Part shown: piece after piece, positions 45,815-55,124 of the stretch
Layout: each line of letters begins with the position of its first letter
Numbering within the stretch: the first letter of the stretch is position 1
Source of the DNA: a virus
Lineage: Duplodnaviria > Caudoviricetes
Direction: 5' to 3' (one strand)
DNA: 55,124 bases
IMG/VR virus record: IMGVR_UViG_3300021957_000047
Span: 1 to 55,124 of that record
Notes under the pieces: model-generated
Database searches by the model: none
Told to the model about the DNA's origin: nothing
What the model saw: the letters and a program-made list of their open reading frames with translations, nothing else
Translations under genes and position numbers: made by a program

Positions 45815-46383
45815 TCTTTTTCCTCTTTTTTATCCTCATCGATAAACTTCTCAAGACCCTTTCGTGCCTTGGTAGTCTGCTTCTTCTTAGACTCCATGCG
45901 CTTCTCATAGTTAGCAACGAAGTCAGTCATGTAGTCATTGTTCAGGTCGACATAGTTAGCATCGCCCTCAGCATCACCATCTTTGTCTACTAGTGTGCCT
46001 GTGAGCATAGAGTTTTCTGTCACCTTATGTCTAATATACACTTGTTTCTTCTCTTTGTCAATACGTCTGAGAAAGGCATACCAGATTATTTGTGTGAAAT
46101 ATGCAAAGGGGTTCTTAGATTTTGTTGGATCAAAGTTGCCTAGTGCTTGGATAGCGTTCTCTAGGCCATCACTTACCATCTCTTCTCTGTAGGTGTAACC
46201 TGAGAAGTTTGGCTTAGTAGATAATCTGTTCGAAATCTGATAGATACACTCACCGATGTAGTTCGGTATCTGAGGATTTGGATCACCTGAAGCCTCTGCT
46301 TCTTCGCATAGCTTCTTGTAGTTGATAATCGCTTCCAGAAACTCTGCGTTGTTTACGTAATTTTTAGAGGCTCTTTTTTTCAT
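45811..46383 (-). CDS. gp55: late transcription sigma factor
   Basis: NYVNN, NFSGYTYREEM, NPFAYFTQI. Confidence 0.93.
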   Translation of the reverse strand: MKKRASKNYVNNAEFLEAIINYKKLCEEAEASGDPNPQIPNYIGECIYQISNRLSTKPNFSGYTYREEMVSDGLENAIQALGNFDPTKSKNPFAYFTQIIWYAFLRRIDKEKKQVYIRHKVTENSMLTGTLVDKDGDAEGDANYVDLNNDYMTDFVANYEKRMESKKKQTTKARKGLEKFIDEDKKEEKE

Positions 46384-46422
46384 TTATAGTTCTCCGTATA
46401 ATAAAGTTATACAATAGTCTAT

Positions 46423-46451
46423 ATAATATCACAAACACGACTGCCTGTCAA
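46423..46451 (-). promoter_or_regulatory. sigma70 promoter for gp55
   Basis: TTGACA-17-TATTAT. Confidence 0.8.
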
Positions 46452-46475
46452 GTAAAAGTTTTTTTCATTTATGTA

Positions 46476-46504
46476 TTGACAAACGGTGAGACCATGTGTA
46501 TAAT
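46476..46504 (+). promoter_or_regulatory. consensus sigma70 promoter facing antisense
   Basis: TTGACA-17-TATAAT; no plus-strand gene follows. Confidence 0.75.
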
Positions 46505-46528
46505 CTCTTTAACGCCTTTGAGATAAGA

Positions 46529-46906
46529 CTAATGTTTTATAGATGACTTAGCTTCAAGCATGGTTGTAAACATATCTTCGAGGTCATCATTGTCATCATC
46601 TGACATAGAGTAGTCAGCATCTTCAGTCTGGTATCCGGTAGTTATTCTCACAACAAAATCATCATAGTATTGAGTGGCTTTCGTACTGGCTTTAGACATG
46701 TGTATGATATCTTTTTTAGCGAAGACGCACGAAGTCTCTTCGGAGAAGAGCAAGTAAGACTTAGCGTACAATCCTTGATGCGGATCTACTACAACTTGGA
46801 TGGGGTTATTTACTAGAACATTTTCGCCAGTTTCAACGTTGCCAGCCTCGACAACGCCAATGATATCCTGACCTGATGATAATTTTATCGTTACGTATTC
46901 AGTCAT
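46529..46906 (-). CDS. conserved T4-like protein (possible Sm-like fold)
   Basis: IKLSSGQDIIG...NPI; between uvsW and gp55. Confidence 0.7.
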   Translation of the reverse strand: MTEYVTIKLSSGQDIIGVVEAGNVETGENVLVNNPIQVVVDPHQGLYAKSYLLFSEETSCVFAKKDIIHMSKASTKATQYYDDFVVRITTGYQTEDADYSMSDDDNDDLEDMFTTMLEAKSSIKH

Positions 46907-46909
46907 TTG

Positions 46910-48361
46910 TTATCCCTTTATGTCAACGTTGTAGATTCTGAATTCAAACTCTTCATCACTATAAATTTTCACACGTTCTTTGAAATGCTTCACAGCGAAG
47001 TTTTCTTTCTGCTTCCACTGTAAGTTGTCTACTATGTCGTATAGAGTTGCTTTATCTTTGCCGTTGCCTTTTCTCAGAACTCTACCTATCGATTGGAGAT
47101 TTCTGATTTTCGATTTACTCGGGCTTGCAAAGATAATGTTATCCAAACGCTTGATATTGACACCAGTACTAAAGGTACCATAACTAGCGAGAATAATATT
47201 GTCAGTCCCTGACTCAACCAAATGTCTAACTGCCTCACGTTCCTCCCCACTAATTGCTCCGTGGATAAAGTGTACGGCTTTATTCTCATTCTGTAACATT
47301 GGATGCAATATCTTACCATGCTTCTCAACAAACTGAAACAGTATGAGAGTGTTACCCTCAAGTGACCAAGCCAAATTTCTAATAAACTTATTACGTGCTT
47401 CACTCTTTACTATCCAATCAATTTCTTCTTGATATGACTTATTCTTATTTATCTGTCTTATTTCTTGCTGGTATTCCAATATGATTGCTTTGATGTTGAA
47501 GTCGGCTAGTGTCTGCTCCTCGATCAGTTTCTTAGTCTCTGTAACTTTATACACTTTACCGAACAGTCCTTCAAGTACCAGCTTATGAGTCTGTGAGTCA
47601 TCTAGTGTACCAGTGAAGCCAAATCTATACTTGACGTTCGGAGTTTTCTCTAGTATCTTAGTGAGAGACTTTGCTTTGAATAAGTGTGCTTCGTCACCCA
47701 TGACCACATCAAACTTGTCGAACCAGTCTTTACGCTGTTTGTAGATAGACTGCCAAGTTGTGACTGTATAGTCTGCTTCTACATTCTTATCGACACCACC
47801 AGTAATCTTGTGTATGTCTAGTTCTCTGTTCTTGTTATACTCTACAAAATCAGTAGACATCTGTAACACAAGAGATGTAGTCGGCACAATGATAAGAACT
47901 TTACGTCCTTGTTCTACGTGATATCTTGCTAGTGTATAGATGATATAAGACTTACCAGACGCTGTAGGTGAAAGAAACAATGCACGATTGTACTTTAGAC
48001 CACGAACGATAGCGTTGTTCTGATAGTCTCTTGGAGGAAAAGAACTGTCAAACTCTTTAGCAAGTTGATAGCCTGCGTCATCGTTTACTTCTTGCGCCTC
48101 GTACACATCATTGATATGTTCTACTGTGTAGCCTCTGTCGTAACAAAACTTCTCGACATATCTTGTAAGACCTGCGTATACCATACCAGTCATACTATTG
48201 AATAGTCTGATCTTACCGTCCCACATACGGTTACGATATGCTGGCATGAACTTATAACCAGGTACGTAGAATTCAAAATACTCACTCAACTCCATCTTAG
48301 TCGATGGTTCTGCGTGTATGCGTATGTTGATCTCATCGACCTTTTCAATCTGCACTGTCAT
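46910..48361 (-). CDS. uvsW: SF2 RNA-DNA/DNA helicase
   Basis: PTASGKS, DEAH, TGT, QSIGRVLR. Confidence 0.95.
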   Translation of the reverse strand: MTVQIEKVDEINIRIHAEPSTKMELSEYFEFYVPGYKFMPAYRNRMWDGKIRLFNSMTGMVYAGLTRYVEKFCYDRGYTVEHINDVYEAQEVNDDAGYQLAKEFDSSFPPRDYQNNAIVRGLKYNRALFLSPTASGKSYIIYTLARYHVEQGRKVLIIVPTTSLVLQMSTDFVEYNKNRELDIHKITGGVDKNVEADYTVTTWQSIYKQRKDWFDKFDVVMGDEAHLFKAKSLTKILEKTPNVKYRFGFTGTLDDSQTHKLVLEGLFGKVYKVTETKKLIEEQTLADFNIKAIILEYQQEIRQINKNKSYQEEIDWIVKSEARNKFIRNLAWSLEGNTLILFQFVEKHGKILHPMLQNENKAVHFIHGAISGEEREAVRHLVESGTDNIILASYGTFSTGVNIKRLDNIIFASPSKSKIRNLQSIGRVLRKGNGKDKATLYDIVDNLQWKQKENFAVKHFKERVKIYSDEEFEFRIYNVDIKG

Positions 48362-48678
48362 CTAAATAATTCCCAAAATCTGCCAATCAAAATCAAAATA
48401 CCTACTGCTATGAACCAAGTGAGTGCATCACCCAAATCTGATTCATACCACACAAGTATTGTACCTACTATCCATATAACTTTTGCTGTGTATGCTTTCC
48501 AGTTCCACATTACATACAACAGACCTTCCCAACTACGCATATTTTCAGGCTTATCAAAGCCAAAGTCTGTCTTCTCTTTCTGATGTTCAAACCAACCCAA
48601 GCGCCAAAAAATTAGAGCAGGTACTCCAATCACTAGAAATAATGCGAGTAAGCCCATGAGTGGATCTGATTGTTCCAT
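48358..48678 (-). CDS. membrane protein with about three TM segments
   Basis: Hydrophobic segments; coupled to uvsY and uvsW. Confidence 0.65.
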   Translation of the reverse strand: MEQSDPLMGLLALFLVIGVPALIFWRLGWFEHQKEKTDFGFDKPENMRSWEGLLYVMWNWKAYTAKVIWIVGTILVWYESDLGDALTWFIAVGILILIGRFWELFR

Positions 48679-49115
48679 TACATAGCGCCTGTTCTAAATC
48701 TCTCCCAGTCAACAATAGTCTTCAACTGAAAGCCTCTGTTACTGATCATTTTTATGATAGACTCAAGATATGATACCTTCTCTTCAGCAAAGCCAATGCG
48801 TAGCGATAGATGTATAACATCTTTATCTGCTTCGACATATGCGGCAATGTCTTGTCTGAGTATCTTGAGAGGTTGTACTTCCCAGCCTAAAGAGTTCAGT
48901 TCAGTGATATCTAGTTCACCACGATAGTACTGACCCTTGAGTTTACATAACTCTTTATAGTCTGCTTTGAGTTTCTTCAAGCGTAGACCCTCGTCTACGT
49001 AGTGCTTGAAGTACTTGTTGTGTAGTTTAGGTATCTTTGCGCTTTCGTTAGATACGTTGGTCTGATCGATTTCACTATCTTCAGCCCACATTGTGTAGAT
49101 GTCTTCTATATTCAT
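48678..49115 (-). CDS. uvsY: recombination mediator
   Basis: WAEDSEID, IPKLHNKY, YYRG, RGFQLK...W. Confidence 0.9.
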   Translation of the reverse strand: MNIEDIYTMWAEDSEIDQTNVSNESAKIPKLHNKYFKHYVDEGLRLKKLKADYKELCKLKGQYYRGELDITELNSLGWEVQPLKILRQDIAAYVEADKDVIHLSLRIGFAEEKVSYLESIIKMISNRGFQLKTIVDWERFRTGAM

Positions 49116-49150
49116 TCAATTCCTCACGGTCAAAAAATACATGCTTATAC

Positions 49151-49179
49151 ATTATAACTGGCTAGAAGCCAAAAGTCAA
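49151..49179 (-). promoter_or_regulatory. sigma70 promoter for uvsY
   Basis: TTGACT-17-TATAAT. Confidence 0.8.
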
Positions 49180-49670
49180 GATAGAACTTTGATGGTGTAC
49201 GATGAGTATCTAAAAGTAATATCTGTTGTTGGTACAGTAGGCACACTATTAGTTATATCAAGTGGCAAACCGCCAACGCTGGTCGGGAACATATCGATAA
49301 AGGTGAACTCTACGTTAGGGTTCTTACCGTTAGTTAGTAGTGTAAGTGTAGCATCAGAGTATACTCCGTCGCCACCATCGCCGATCAAATCTGCGTATTG
49401 TTCAAAGCCCTCAGGTTTTGTTAGACTGATCAGCCAGTTCCACGCATCTAAGTACGCACCAAGATTTTCATCTATAGCGATTTGCATCGTGAGATCACCA
49501 AACTGCACTTTATCGCCTGGACGATATACAGTCTTGAATGGTGTCATCTGTTCAGTTACGCCAGATGAAATGTCTGGTATAGTAACGTTCTGAACAAAGA
49601 ACTGTGTGTTGGGCATACGCTTTAGTTGAAAGCGAAACTCAACTGGATTTAGAAAATTTTGTAACTTCAT
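49176..49670 (-). CDS. gp3: tail tube terminator / tail completion protein
   Basis: NFLNPVEF, PGDKVQFGDL, SDATL, FIDMFPTS; follows gp23. Confidence 0.85.
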   Translation of the reverse strand: MKLQNFLNPVEFRFQLKRMPNTQFFVQNVTIPDISSGVTEQMTPFKTVYRPGDKVQFGDLTMQIAIDENLGAYLDAWNWLISLTKPEGFEQYADLIGDGGDGVYSDATLTLLTNGKNPNVEFTFIDMFPTSVGGLPLDITNSVPTVPTTDITFRYSSYTIKVLS

Positions 49671-49703
49671 ATTACCCTCATAGAAGTAATTTGGCTCTGT
49701 TAC

Positions 49704-49711
49704 TATTTATA
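49704..49711 (-). promoter_or_regulatory. T4-type late promoter
   Basis: TATAAATA upstream of gp3. Confidence 0.85.
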
Positions 49712-49716
49712 CGCAC

Positions 49717-49741
49717 AAAAAAAGGGAGCCCGAAGGCTCCC
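49717..49741 (-). terminator. gp23 intrinsic terminator with cUUCGg loop
   Basis: GGGAGCC-TTCG-GGCTCCC-TTTTTTT. Confidence 0.92.
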
Positions 49742-49786
49742 TAATCTGTTCAGTCAACTAGCTTCCCGCTAGTCTCTGACTTCTTA

Positions 49787-51064
49787 TTATAGAAGGTTGG
49801 TTACTGCTGTACGTCTGTAGTAGACGTTAGTGTTAGCAGCCAGTGCGCCTTGGTTTGTTTGAGTTGCGCCACGTGCGAATGGGTTTGCAACCATTCCGTA
49901 ACGAGTCTTGAAACCAATTTTTGACTGGAAGCTGTTCTCACCAACTGCACGAACCATTTGCAATGGAACGTATGGGCAATAGAACAGACCGGCATCAAAT
50001 GCACTTGAGCCTTTGTAGCCAACAACCATGTAGTTTGCGCCTGCATATGGATCAACATATACACGGAAACGACCATTCAGAACACCGACGAAAGTGTTAC
50101 CAGTATCGTCAGGCTGTAGGTTGTTAGAGTTCAACGCTGGAGCGTAGTCTAGTACACCAGCCATTTGTAGAGCAGATGCTACATCTGATGAACAAAGGAT
50201 AATGTTACCTTTCCCTCTACGAGTAGCTTTCGCAATTGCGTTAGCTTCTGTTTCGATTTGGAACATAAGACCTTTGAACTTCTCTACTGACCAACGACCG
50301 TTAGCATCGACATCTAAGTCGAAAGTACCGGCAGAAGCAGTACCCGCAGAACCTGCAACAGCGTTGCTGTATACAGTACGGATCACTTCACGGTTGATCT
50401 CAGCTAGAAGCTCGGCAGACAACATGTTAGCCAACTCAGTTTCAGCATCCAAACCATGGATAGCTTTTAGATCCTGAGCGAGTTCAGTTGTGTACTCTGC
50501 TTTCAAGGCACGTGACTTAGCTTCAACAGAAACTTTGTCGATTTGGAATGACATCTCAGCGAAAGATCCAGCAGTAGTGCCTAGTTCTTCAGCGGCATTA
50601 GTAGTCATACCAGTACCTGATGTTTCTGATCCTGCACCCAATGCGTTAGCGTGAGTACCAGTACCAGAGAAGTCTGTGTCTGCTTCGTTATAGAACGCTT
50701 CAGATTTGACTTCGTTGTTTGCGCCATCTACGTAGTTGCTACGCATTGCAAAGATCAGACCAGTTGGTCCAGTCATAGGCTGTACGCCTGCAATATCGTA
50801 TGCTACCAAATTAGGCATCGCACGGCGTACTAAAGAAATTAGTACGGGATCATACTTGTCCATTTGGCCAACGTTGTTGACGGGTCCTAATTCAGCTTCA
50901 GAAAGAAGTGTATTAGGTGAATATGACTGACCCTCTTTCAAGGCAGTCTCTGTGTTTTCAAGCAAAGTGGCTGTAACAGCTTGACGATGCTTGTCTTGAA
51001 TGCCAGGAAGTGCTTCATGCTCAAGCACTGGGCCCCATTTTTGCATTAGTTCTTCGTTTCTCAT
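49787..51064 (-). CDS. gp23: major capsid protein
   Basis: LVRRAMPNL, GVQPMTGPTGLIFAMR, ELAQDLKAIHG, GFKTRYG. Confidence 0.97.
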   Translation of the reverse strand: MRNEELMQKWGPVLEHEALPGIQDKHRQAVTATLLENTETALKEGQSYSPNTLLSEAELGPVNNVGQMDKYDPVLISLVRRAMPNLVAYDIAGVQPMTGPTGLIFAMRSNYVDGANNEVKSEAFYNEADTDFSGTGTHANALGAGSETSGTGMTTNAAEELGTTAGSFAEMSFQIDKVSVEAKSRALKAEYTTELAQDLKAIHGLDAETELANMLSAELLAEINREVIRTVYSNAVAGSAGTASAGTFDLDVDANGRWSVEKFKGLMFQIETEANAIAKATRRGKGNIILCSSDVASALQMAGVLDYAPALNSNNLQPDDTGNTFVGVLNGRFRVYVDPYAGANYMVVGYKGSSAFDAGLFYCPYVPLQMVRAVGENSFQSKIGFKTRYGMVANPFARGATQTNQGALAANTNVYYRRTAVTNLL

Positions 51065-51097
51065 TTGAAATTCTCCTTTTTGAGATTTATCTAATGT

Positions 51098-51105
51098 TAT
51101 TTATA
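51098..51105 (-). promoter_or_regulatory. T4-type late promoter
   Basis: TATAAATA upstream of gp23. Confidence 0.9.
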
Positions 51106-51112
51106 AATTTGT

Positions 51113-52039
51113 TTAGCTTGCTAAACGACCAAGGCTTGCGGCGTAGGCGGCGATCTGTGGATCGACTACTACTTTAGTTGCTTCCTCTTCCTCAGCGGCT
51201 TCTTCTAACAGTTCAGTAGCATCTTCTACTGGAGCAACTGTTTCGGCAAAGTAGCTGTCTTTGATTGCGGCAACTTTTGAAGCATATTCTTCAACTGATT
51301 CAAAGCTGATACCTTCGGACAGAGTAGCAAGTTTCTCAACTTGGGTGTCTGTGAGACCTTCAGTCACTTCTTTAAATTTAGCTTCAGTTTCAAGCTTCTG
51401 CTTTTCCTCTCTGATGGTCATCAACTCTTCTACAACTTCGTTGTACTTTGTCTTTGACTCTTCAAGTTTCTCTTCTGCCTGAGCAACATGATCAACTGAT
51501 TCTTGATCAACTTCCATGTTATGCTCTGATACAAGAGACTTGATTCCACCTAGTAGCGACTCTGCAACTTCAACTTTGATGTTGCTTTCAATCGATACTC
51601 TGTTTTCTTCCATCCAACCTTCGATAACGTAGTCTAGATAAGAATCAACTTTTTCTACTAGGTCTTCTACAGCAGATTCAACCTGCTCCTGAAGATCGTT
51701 TTCAAATTTCTCTTCTAGTGAAGCTTTCTCTGCTAGTACATTCTCATGTACAGCCGCTTCAAATACTGCTTCGACCTTAGTTTTGAAATCTTCGCTTAGG
51801 TCTTGGCCTTCGAAAAGACCTTGAAATGCTTCTTTCAAACCGGCATCGTTAGTACCTTGGGGAGTCTTTACAGAATCCTCAACGTTGTCCGCCTTAGGGT
51901 CAGCCGACTTCTTCAAGTCGCCCTTACGTTTCTTGACTGCTCCTCCTGCTGGAGTTACGGCATCCGCAGATTCCGAATCTTCACCAGTCGCCTTAGCTTC
52001 GTCAAGTTCTAGGTCTAGATTTTGTTCTAGTTCACTCAT
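51113..52039 (-). CDS. gp22: prohead core scaffold
   Basis: Acidic coiled coil, LSEDFK...VFEAAV, YLDYV..W; position between gp21 and gp23. Confidence 0.9.
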   Translation of the reverse strand: MSELEQNLDLELDEAKATGEDSESADAVTPAGGAVKKRKGDLKKSADPKADNVEDSVKTPQGTNDAGLKEAFQGLFEGQDLSEDFKTKVEAVFEAAVHENVLAEKASLEEKFENDLQEQVESAVEDLVEKVDSYLDYVIEGWMEENRVSIESNIKVEVAESLLGGIKSLVSEHNMEVDQESVDHVAQAEEKLEESKTKYNEVVEELMTIREEKQKLETEAKFKEVTEGLTDTQVEKLATLSEGISFESVEEYASKVAAIKDSYFAETVAPVEDATELLEEAAEEEEATKVVVDPQIAAYAASLGRLAS

Positions 52040-52074
52040 TTGACTTCTCCTTTAACAAGTATTATTGTCTTGTG

Positions 52075-52082
52075 TATTTATA
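52075..52082 (-). promoter_or_regulatory. T4-type late promoter
   Basis: TATAAATA upstream of gp22. Confidence 0.85.
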
Positions 52083-52086
52083 AATT

Positions 52087-52785
52087 TCATTTCTTCGTCA
52101 GCGAATTTATAAACCGTTCAAAGATAACCGAAGCTTTAGCTTCTAATTCTTCAACAGAATATTTTGCGGTTTCTTTTATTTCTTCTTCAATTTGATCAAA
52201 AGCCTGAGCCGCAGTCCAAGATGAAGAAGCAACATCGTAAACCCATTCTACTCCTTCCATGACGCCTTTTACAAAAGCATCAGGAGCAGATGGATCTGCA
52301 ACGATATCACCAGCAGTAGCAAGCATAAAATCGTCTTGCACTTCCATGATTCCTTGACCATTCTTTTTCAATGATCCCATACCACGTGATGAAATACCTA
52401 AGTTAGCACCTTCATCGATAAGATTCTTTACGATCTTACCCATTGGTGTATCCATCACTTTAGCACGTCCGATAACATTCGGTCCGTCCTCTTTGAGTTC
52501 GGTAAACATATGTGATACACGGTCCAAATTGATTGTTGGACCAGCTGGATGTCCCAGTTCACCATATGCACGTTTCGCTTCAACGTAGTTTTTGTTATAT
52601 CTAGCCATCTCTTTCATTAGAGTAGATGCTGGATATACACGTCCGTTTCTATTTTTGATGTCACCTTGCATGATGACGCCTTCGATGAAGTAGTTCTTTT
52701 TACCCGTTGCTTCACCAGCTTCGTTTAGTACATCTTCTGAGATATACTGAACGTCTTCAACGATTTCTTTGATTAGTAATGACAT
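52087..52785 (-). CDS. gp21: prohead protease
   Basis: NRNGRVY, GELGHP, GISSRGMGS, DIVADPSAPDA. Confidence 0.95.
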   Translation of the reverse strand: MSLLIKEIVEDVQYISEDVLNEAGEATGKKNYFIEGVIMQGDIKNRNGRVYPASTLMKEMARYNKNYVEAKRAYGELGHPAGPTINLDRVSHMFTELKEDGPNVIGRAKVMDTPMGKIVKNLIDEGANLGISSRGMGSLKKNGQGIMEVQDDFMLATAGDIVADPSAPDAFVKGVMEGVEWVYDVASSSWTAAQAFDQIEEEIKETAKYSVEELEAKASVIFERFINSLTKK

Positions 52786-53507
52786 TATCTTTTCTTACCT
52801 CCGCTGAATGCAAAGTCTAGCATCTTCATGAACATATTTTCGTTCTTGTTGATAGCATCTGCAAACTTCTTGGCATTGCCTGAGTTCAGCTTATCGTGTA
52901 CTTGTACCATTGCACTTGCAGTAGTCATGTCAACTTTTAGCTTCTGCCCATCTTTAAACTTGACATCTTTGGCGCCTTTTGTCTTTACGATCTTACGTAG
53001 ATCATCAATGACTGCCTCAGATATCTCCTCTTCTGTTTCTTCTTTCATCGCCATTTTAGTTGCAGTGGCATGCATCACTTCGTCTGCTTTGTCACCGTAA
53101 CGATCTTTGAAGCCTTTGATGTTCTTCTTCATAGACTTGACGATTTCTTCTTTCTTCTTAGCCTGTGCATCAGTCATCTCTTCTTCAGACATAGGCTTCT
53201 TTTTCTTTTTGTAAGAAGAAGTCATGTAGCCTTCTTTATGCTCTTTAGCACAATCAGGGCACTCTTCTTCTTTAGGATACATACAGCCACAGTCTTCGCA
53301 TTCGATCTGTCTAGCTTCTTCGTAAACTGCCGCATCGTCCTCATGATCTGCTTTACGCTTTGCCTTTTTTGCTTTGGATACGAACTGGTCGTCCTTAGCA
53401 ACAGGGTGATCTTTCTTATCTACAATATGTTTGTCAACGAAATTCTTTTCGTCCTCACCCTTTGGAGGATTTACTGTCTCGCCGATCATTTCTTTGAACG
53501 ATTTCAT
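52785..53507 (-). CDS. modular prohead core protein (gp68 position)
   Basis: Starts MKSFKEMIGE; internal CxxC-CxxC module; acidic linkers. Confidence 0.7.
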   Translation of the reverse strand: MKSFKEMIGETVNPPKGEDEKNFVDKHIVDKKDHPVAKDDQFVSKAKKAKRKADHEDDAAVYEEARQIECEDCGCMYPKEEECPDCAKEHKEGYMTSSYKKKKKPMSEEEMTDAQAKKKEEIVKSMKKNIKGFKDRYGDKADEVMHATATKMAMKEETEEEISEAVIDDLRKIVKTKGAKDVKFKDGQKLKVDMTTASAMVQVHDKLNSGNAKKFADAINKNENMFMKMLDFAFSGGKKR

Positions 53508-53515
53508 TTTAGCAC

Positions 53516-53755
53516 CTACTGTTCCTGTTCAGTTGTTTCTTCTACTGACTCTTCGACTTCAGCTTCTACTTCTACTTCCGTAGGTTCAAGATCCGCTTCT
53601 ACACTCTCTTCTGCTGGAGAGCCGTACATCGAATCGAACTTAGCACCTAAGCTTACTTCCATCTTGTCAGCCATAACTTGATTGAAAGCCGCTTCGAATC
53701 CAGAAGCGTCTTTGTTATATGCATGATTGATCATGTCCTTTACATTCTCACTCAT
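53516..53755 (-). CDS. prohead core protein (gp67-like)
   Basis: Small acidic ORF immediately after the portal gene. Confidence 0.7.
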   Translation of the reverse strand: MSENVKDMINHAYNKDASGFEAAFNQVMADKMEVSLGAKFDSMYGSPAEESVEADLEPTEVEVEAEVEESVEETTEQEQ

Positions 53756-53795
53756 AATATTTCTCCTTTATCTTATATACTGTATTTATCAAAAT

Positions 53796-55124
53796 TTAGA
53801 ATTGATCAGAATCACCTTCGTCATCTGGTTCATTCTGCTTCTCATCATCTATTTGCTTGTCAATGTCTTCGATTTCATCCTCATTCATAAAGAGAACTTT
53901 CTTACGAATCCAGTTTTTAGAGAAGTATTCACCCTTATACTCATCAATATCACGTAGAATTTGTAGTCTGTTCTGTAACATCTCAGACTCTTTCAATTCT
54001 TCAAAATGGTTATCAACCATATAATCATATCTAATCGCAGCCTGAATAGATGCCCACTCTTCTGGTGCAATAACACCTTTTAGAATGAGTTGCTTCTCAA
54101 GTATCTTATCGAATAAGATAGAGAAACGGGCTCTCAGTCTACGAATAAACTTACCAAACTTGATCTCATCACGGCTAATTTCTGAAGCACGACCAAGTGA
54201 AAATCCTGTATCACTTTCTAAACGAGAGATAGGCACGTTCAATGCCTTATATAATCTCTTCTGAAAGTATAGTACATCTTCCATCTCACCCAGGTTTTGT
54301 CCACCTGGTAGAGTAGTAATCTCTGTCCCTCTGCCACCTTCACGTCTAGGTAACCAGAAGTCATCTGTCATTGACATGTGGCGTCTATCGTCTCTAACAT
54401 CACCAGTAGTCATGTCATATGTAAGACGATTCTTATGCTTAGTCATCATGTCACGTAGGTATTGCTCTGCTTTCATCTTCGGCAAGTTACCTACATCAAT
54501 ATAAAAAATTCTTCTTTCAGGCGCACGTGAAATACGATAGATAACAACAGCATCTTCCATCATGCGTAACTGATTCAGTGGCTTCATTGCTTTGTGTAGA
54601 TGTGACAACACTAGCGTATTGTTCTCATTCAATACACCAGAATTACAGTTCACAATGCTATCTTTAGCAATGCGTAGCCCAGTTTGATTAGCGTTGTTTA
54701 GATCAAACCCTTGACTAATCTGACCAGAGTTCTTATGAAAACCCTTGTCGTTGTATATAAAGTATTCGTTCTTTACTCTCTTAGTAAAGCCGTTATTACC
54801 ATTTGTACCAGCTTTGTCTTTTGCATATTCACGTACTTTACGTAACTTGCGTGGATCAACAAACCTGAGTTCTTGAATGCCCTTCTTAGGTGCGCTATCA
54901 TCTATCATCACGTGATAGTTTACACGACCATCGACATACCATTTTTGTACTGTGTCGTAGCCTTGGTTAGAAAAGTCAAGAAGTTTGAGTACTGTATCAA
55001 ACTCTTCTCGTATTCTCTTTTTGATGTTATCTGGTAGGTCTAGATCATCTGTAACACACTCAATAGGCTTTTCAGATGATGATATATTTACCAGTTCATT
55101 TACGATATCATCAACAGCCTGTTG
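53796..55124 (-). CDS. gp20: portal protein, 5' end outside the window
   Basis: NQLRMMEDA, RAPERRIFYIDVGNLP, WLPRREGGRGTEITTLPGG; frame open to the window end. Confidence 0.96.
   Translation of the reverse strand, partial: QQAVDDIVNELVNISSSEKPIECVTDDLDLPDNIKKRIREEFDTVLKLLDFSNQGYDTVQKWYVDGRVNYHVMIDDSAPKKGIQELRFVDPRKLRKVREYAKDKAGTNGNNGFTKRVKNEYFIYNDKGFHKNSGQISQGFDLNNANQTGLRIAKDSIVNCNSGVLNENNTLVLSHLHKAMKPLNQLRMMEDAVVIYRISRAPERRIFYIDVGNLPKMKAEQYLRDMMTKHKNRLTYDMTTGDVRDDRRHMSMTDDFWLPRREGGRGTEITTLPGGQNLGEMEDVLYFQKRLYKALNVPISRLESDTGFSLGRASEISRDEIKFGKFIRRLRARFSILFDKILEKQLILKGVIAPEEWASIQAAIRYDYMVDNHFEELKESEMLQNRLQILRDIDEYKGEYFSKNWIRKKVLFMNEDEIEDIDKQIDDEKQNEPDDEGDSDQF

Noticed and set aside
49752-49781. 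Extra hairpin AGTCA-ACTAGC-TTCCC-GCTAGT-CTC-TGACT after the gp23 stop
   Set aside because: Most simply an mRNA-stabilising 3' structure ahead of the terminator; no evidence of an independent RNA.
79-53957. Numerous plus-strand ORFs in the track (for example 16052-16594, 49099-49593, 53070-53681)
   Set aside because: They are antisense shadows of well-supported minus-strand genes, with Ser/Phe/Leu-rich mirror composition and no recognisable motifs.
1-55124. CRISPR array, tRNA or rRNA genes
   Set aside because: No regularly spaced repeats and no complete cloverleaf seen by eye; a tRNAscan/Infernal run would be needed to exclude them fully.

Overview
55 kb of a large T4-like myovirus genome with marine cyanophage/HTVC008M-style gene order. 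Almost every gene is on the minus strand. In transcription order (right to left): head module (gp20 partial, gp67, gp68-like, gp21, gp22, gp23), gp3, uvsY, uvsW, gp55, gp47/46, a six-gene nucleotide/glycosyltransferase island, gp45/44/62, regA, dUTPase, hsp20, DNA ligase, gp43, uvsX, gp41, small early genes, a late-expressed block of probable capsid-internal proteins, a GH19 endolysin, gp61, thyX, nrdA, alternative oxidase, glutaredoxin-nrdB, dCMP deaminase, and an accessory block ending in a putative nuclease plus DNA methyltransferase. Promoters are sigma70-type (TTGACA-17-TAtaaT) or T4 late (TATAAATA). DUF1127, DUF465, AOX and a ROSE-like leader suggest an alphaproteobacterial host (inference). 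Most notable: (1) a roughly 160-nt structured non-coding RNA on the plus strand with its own late promoter and strand-specific terminator; (2) probable capsid-targeted, gp21-processed polyproteins and enzymes (PD-(D/E)XK nuclease, KxDG ligase, nucleotidyltransferase) that may be injected with the DNA; (3) a candidate DNA hypermodification island; (4) an exact 30-nt piece of uvsX at the start of the dUTPase gene, completing a QLDLF clamp-binding motif. All family calls come from motif recognition by eye, not database searches.
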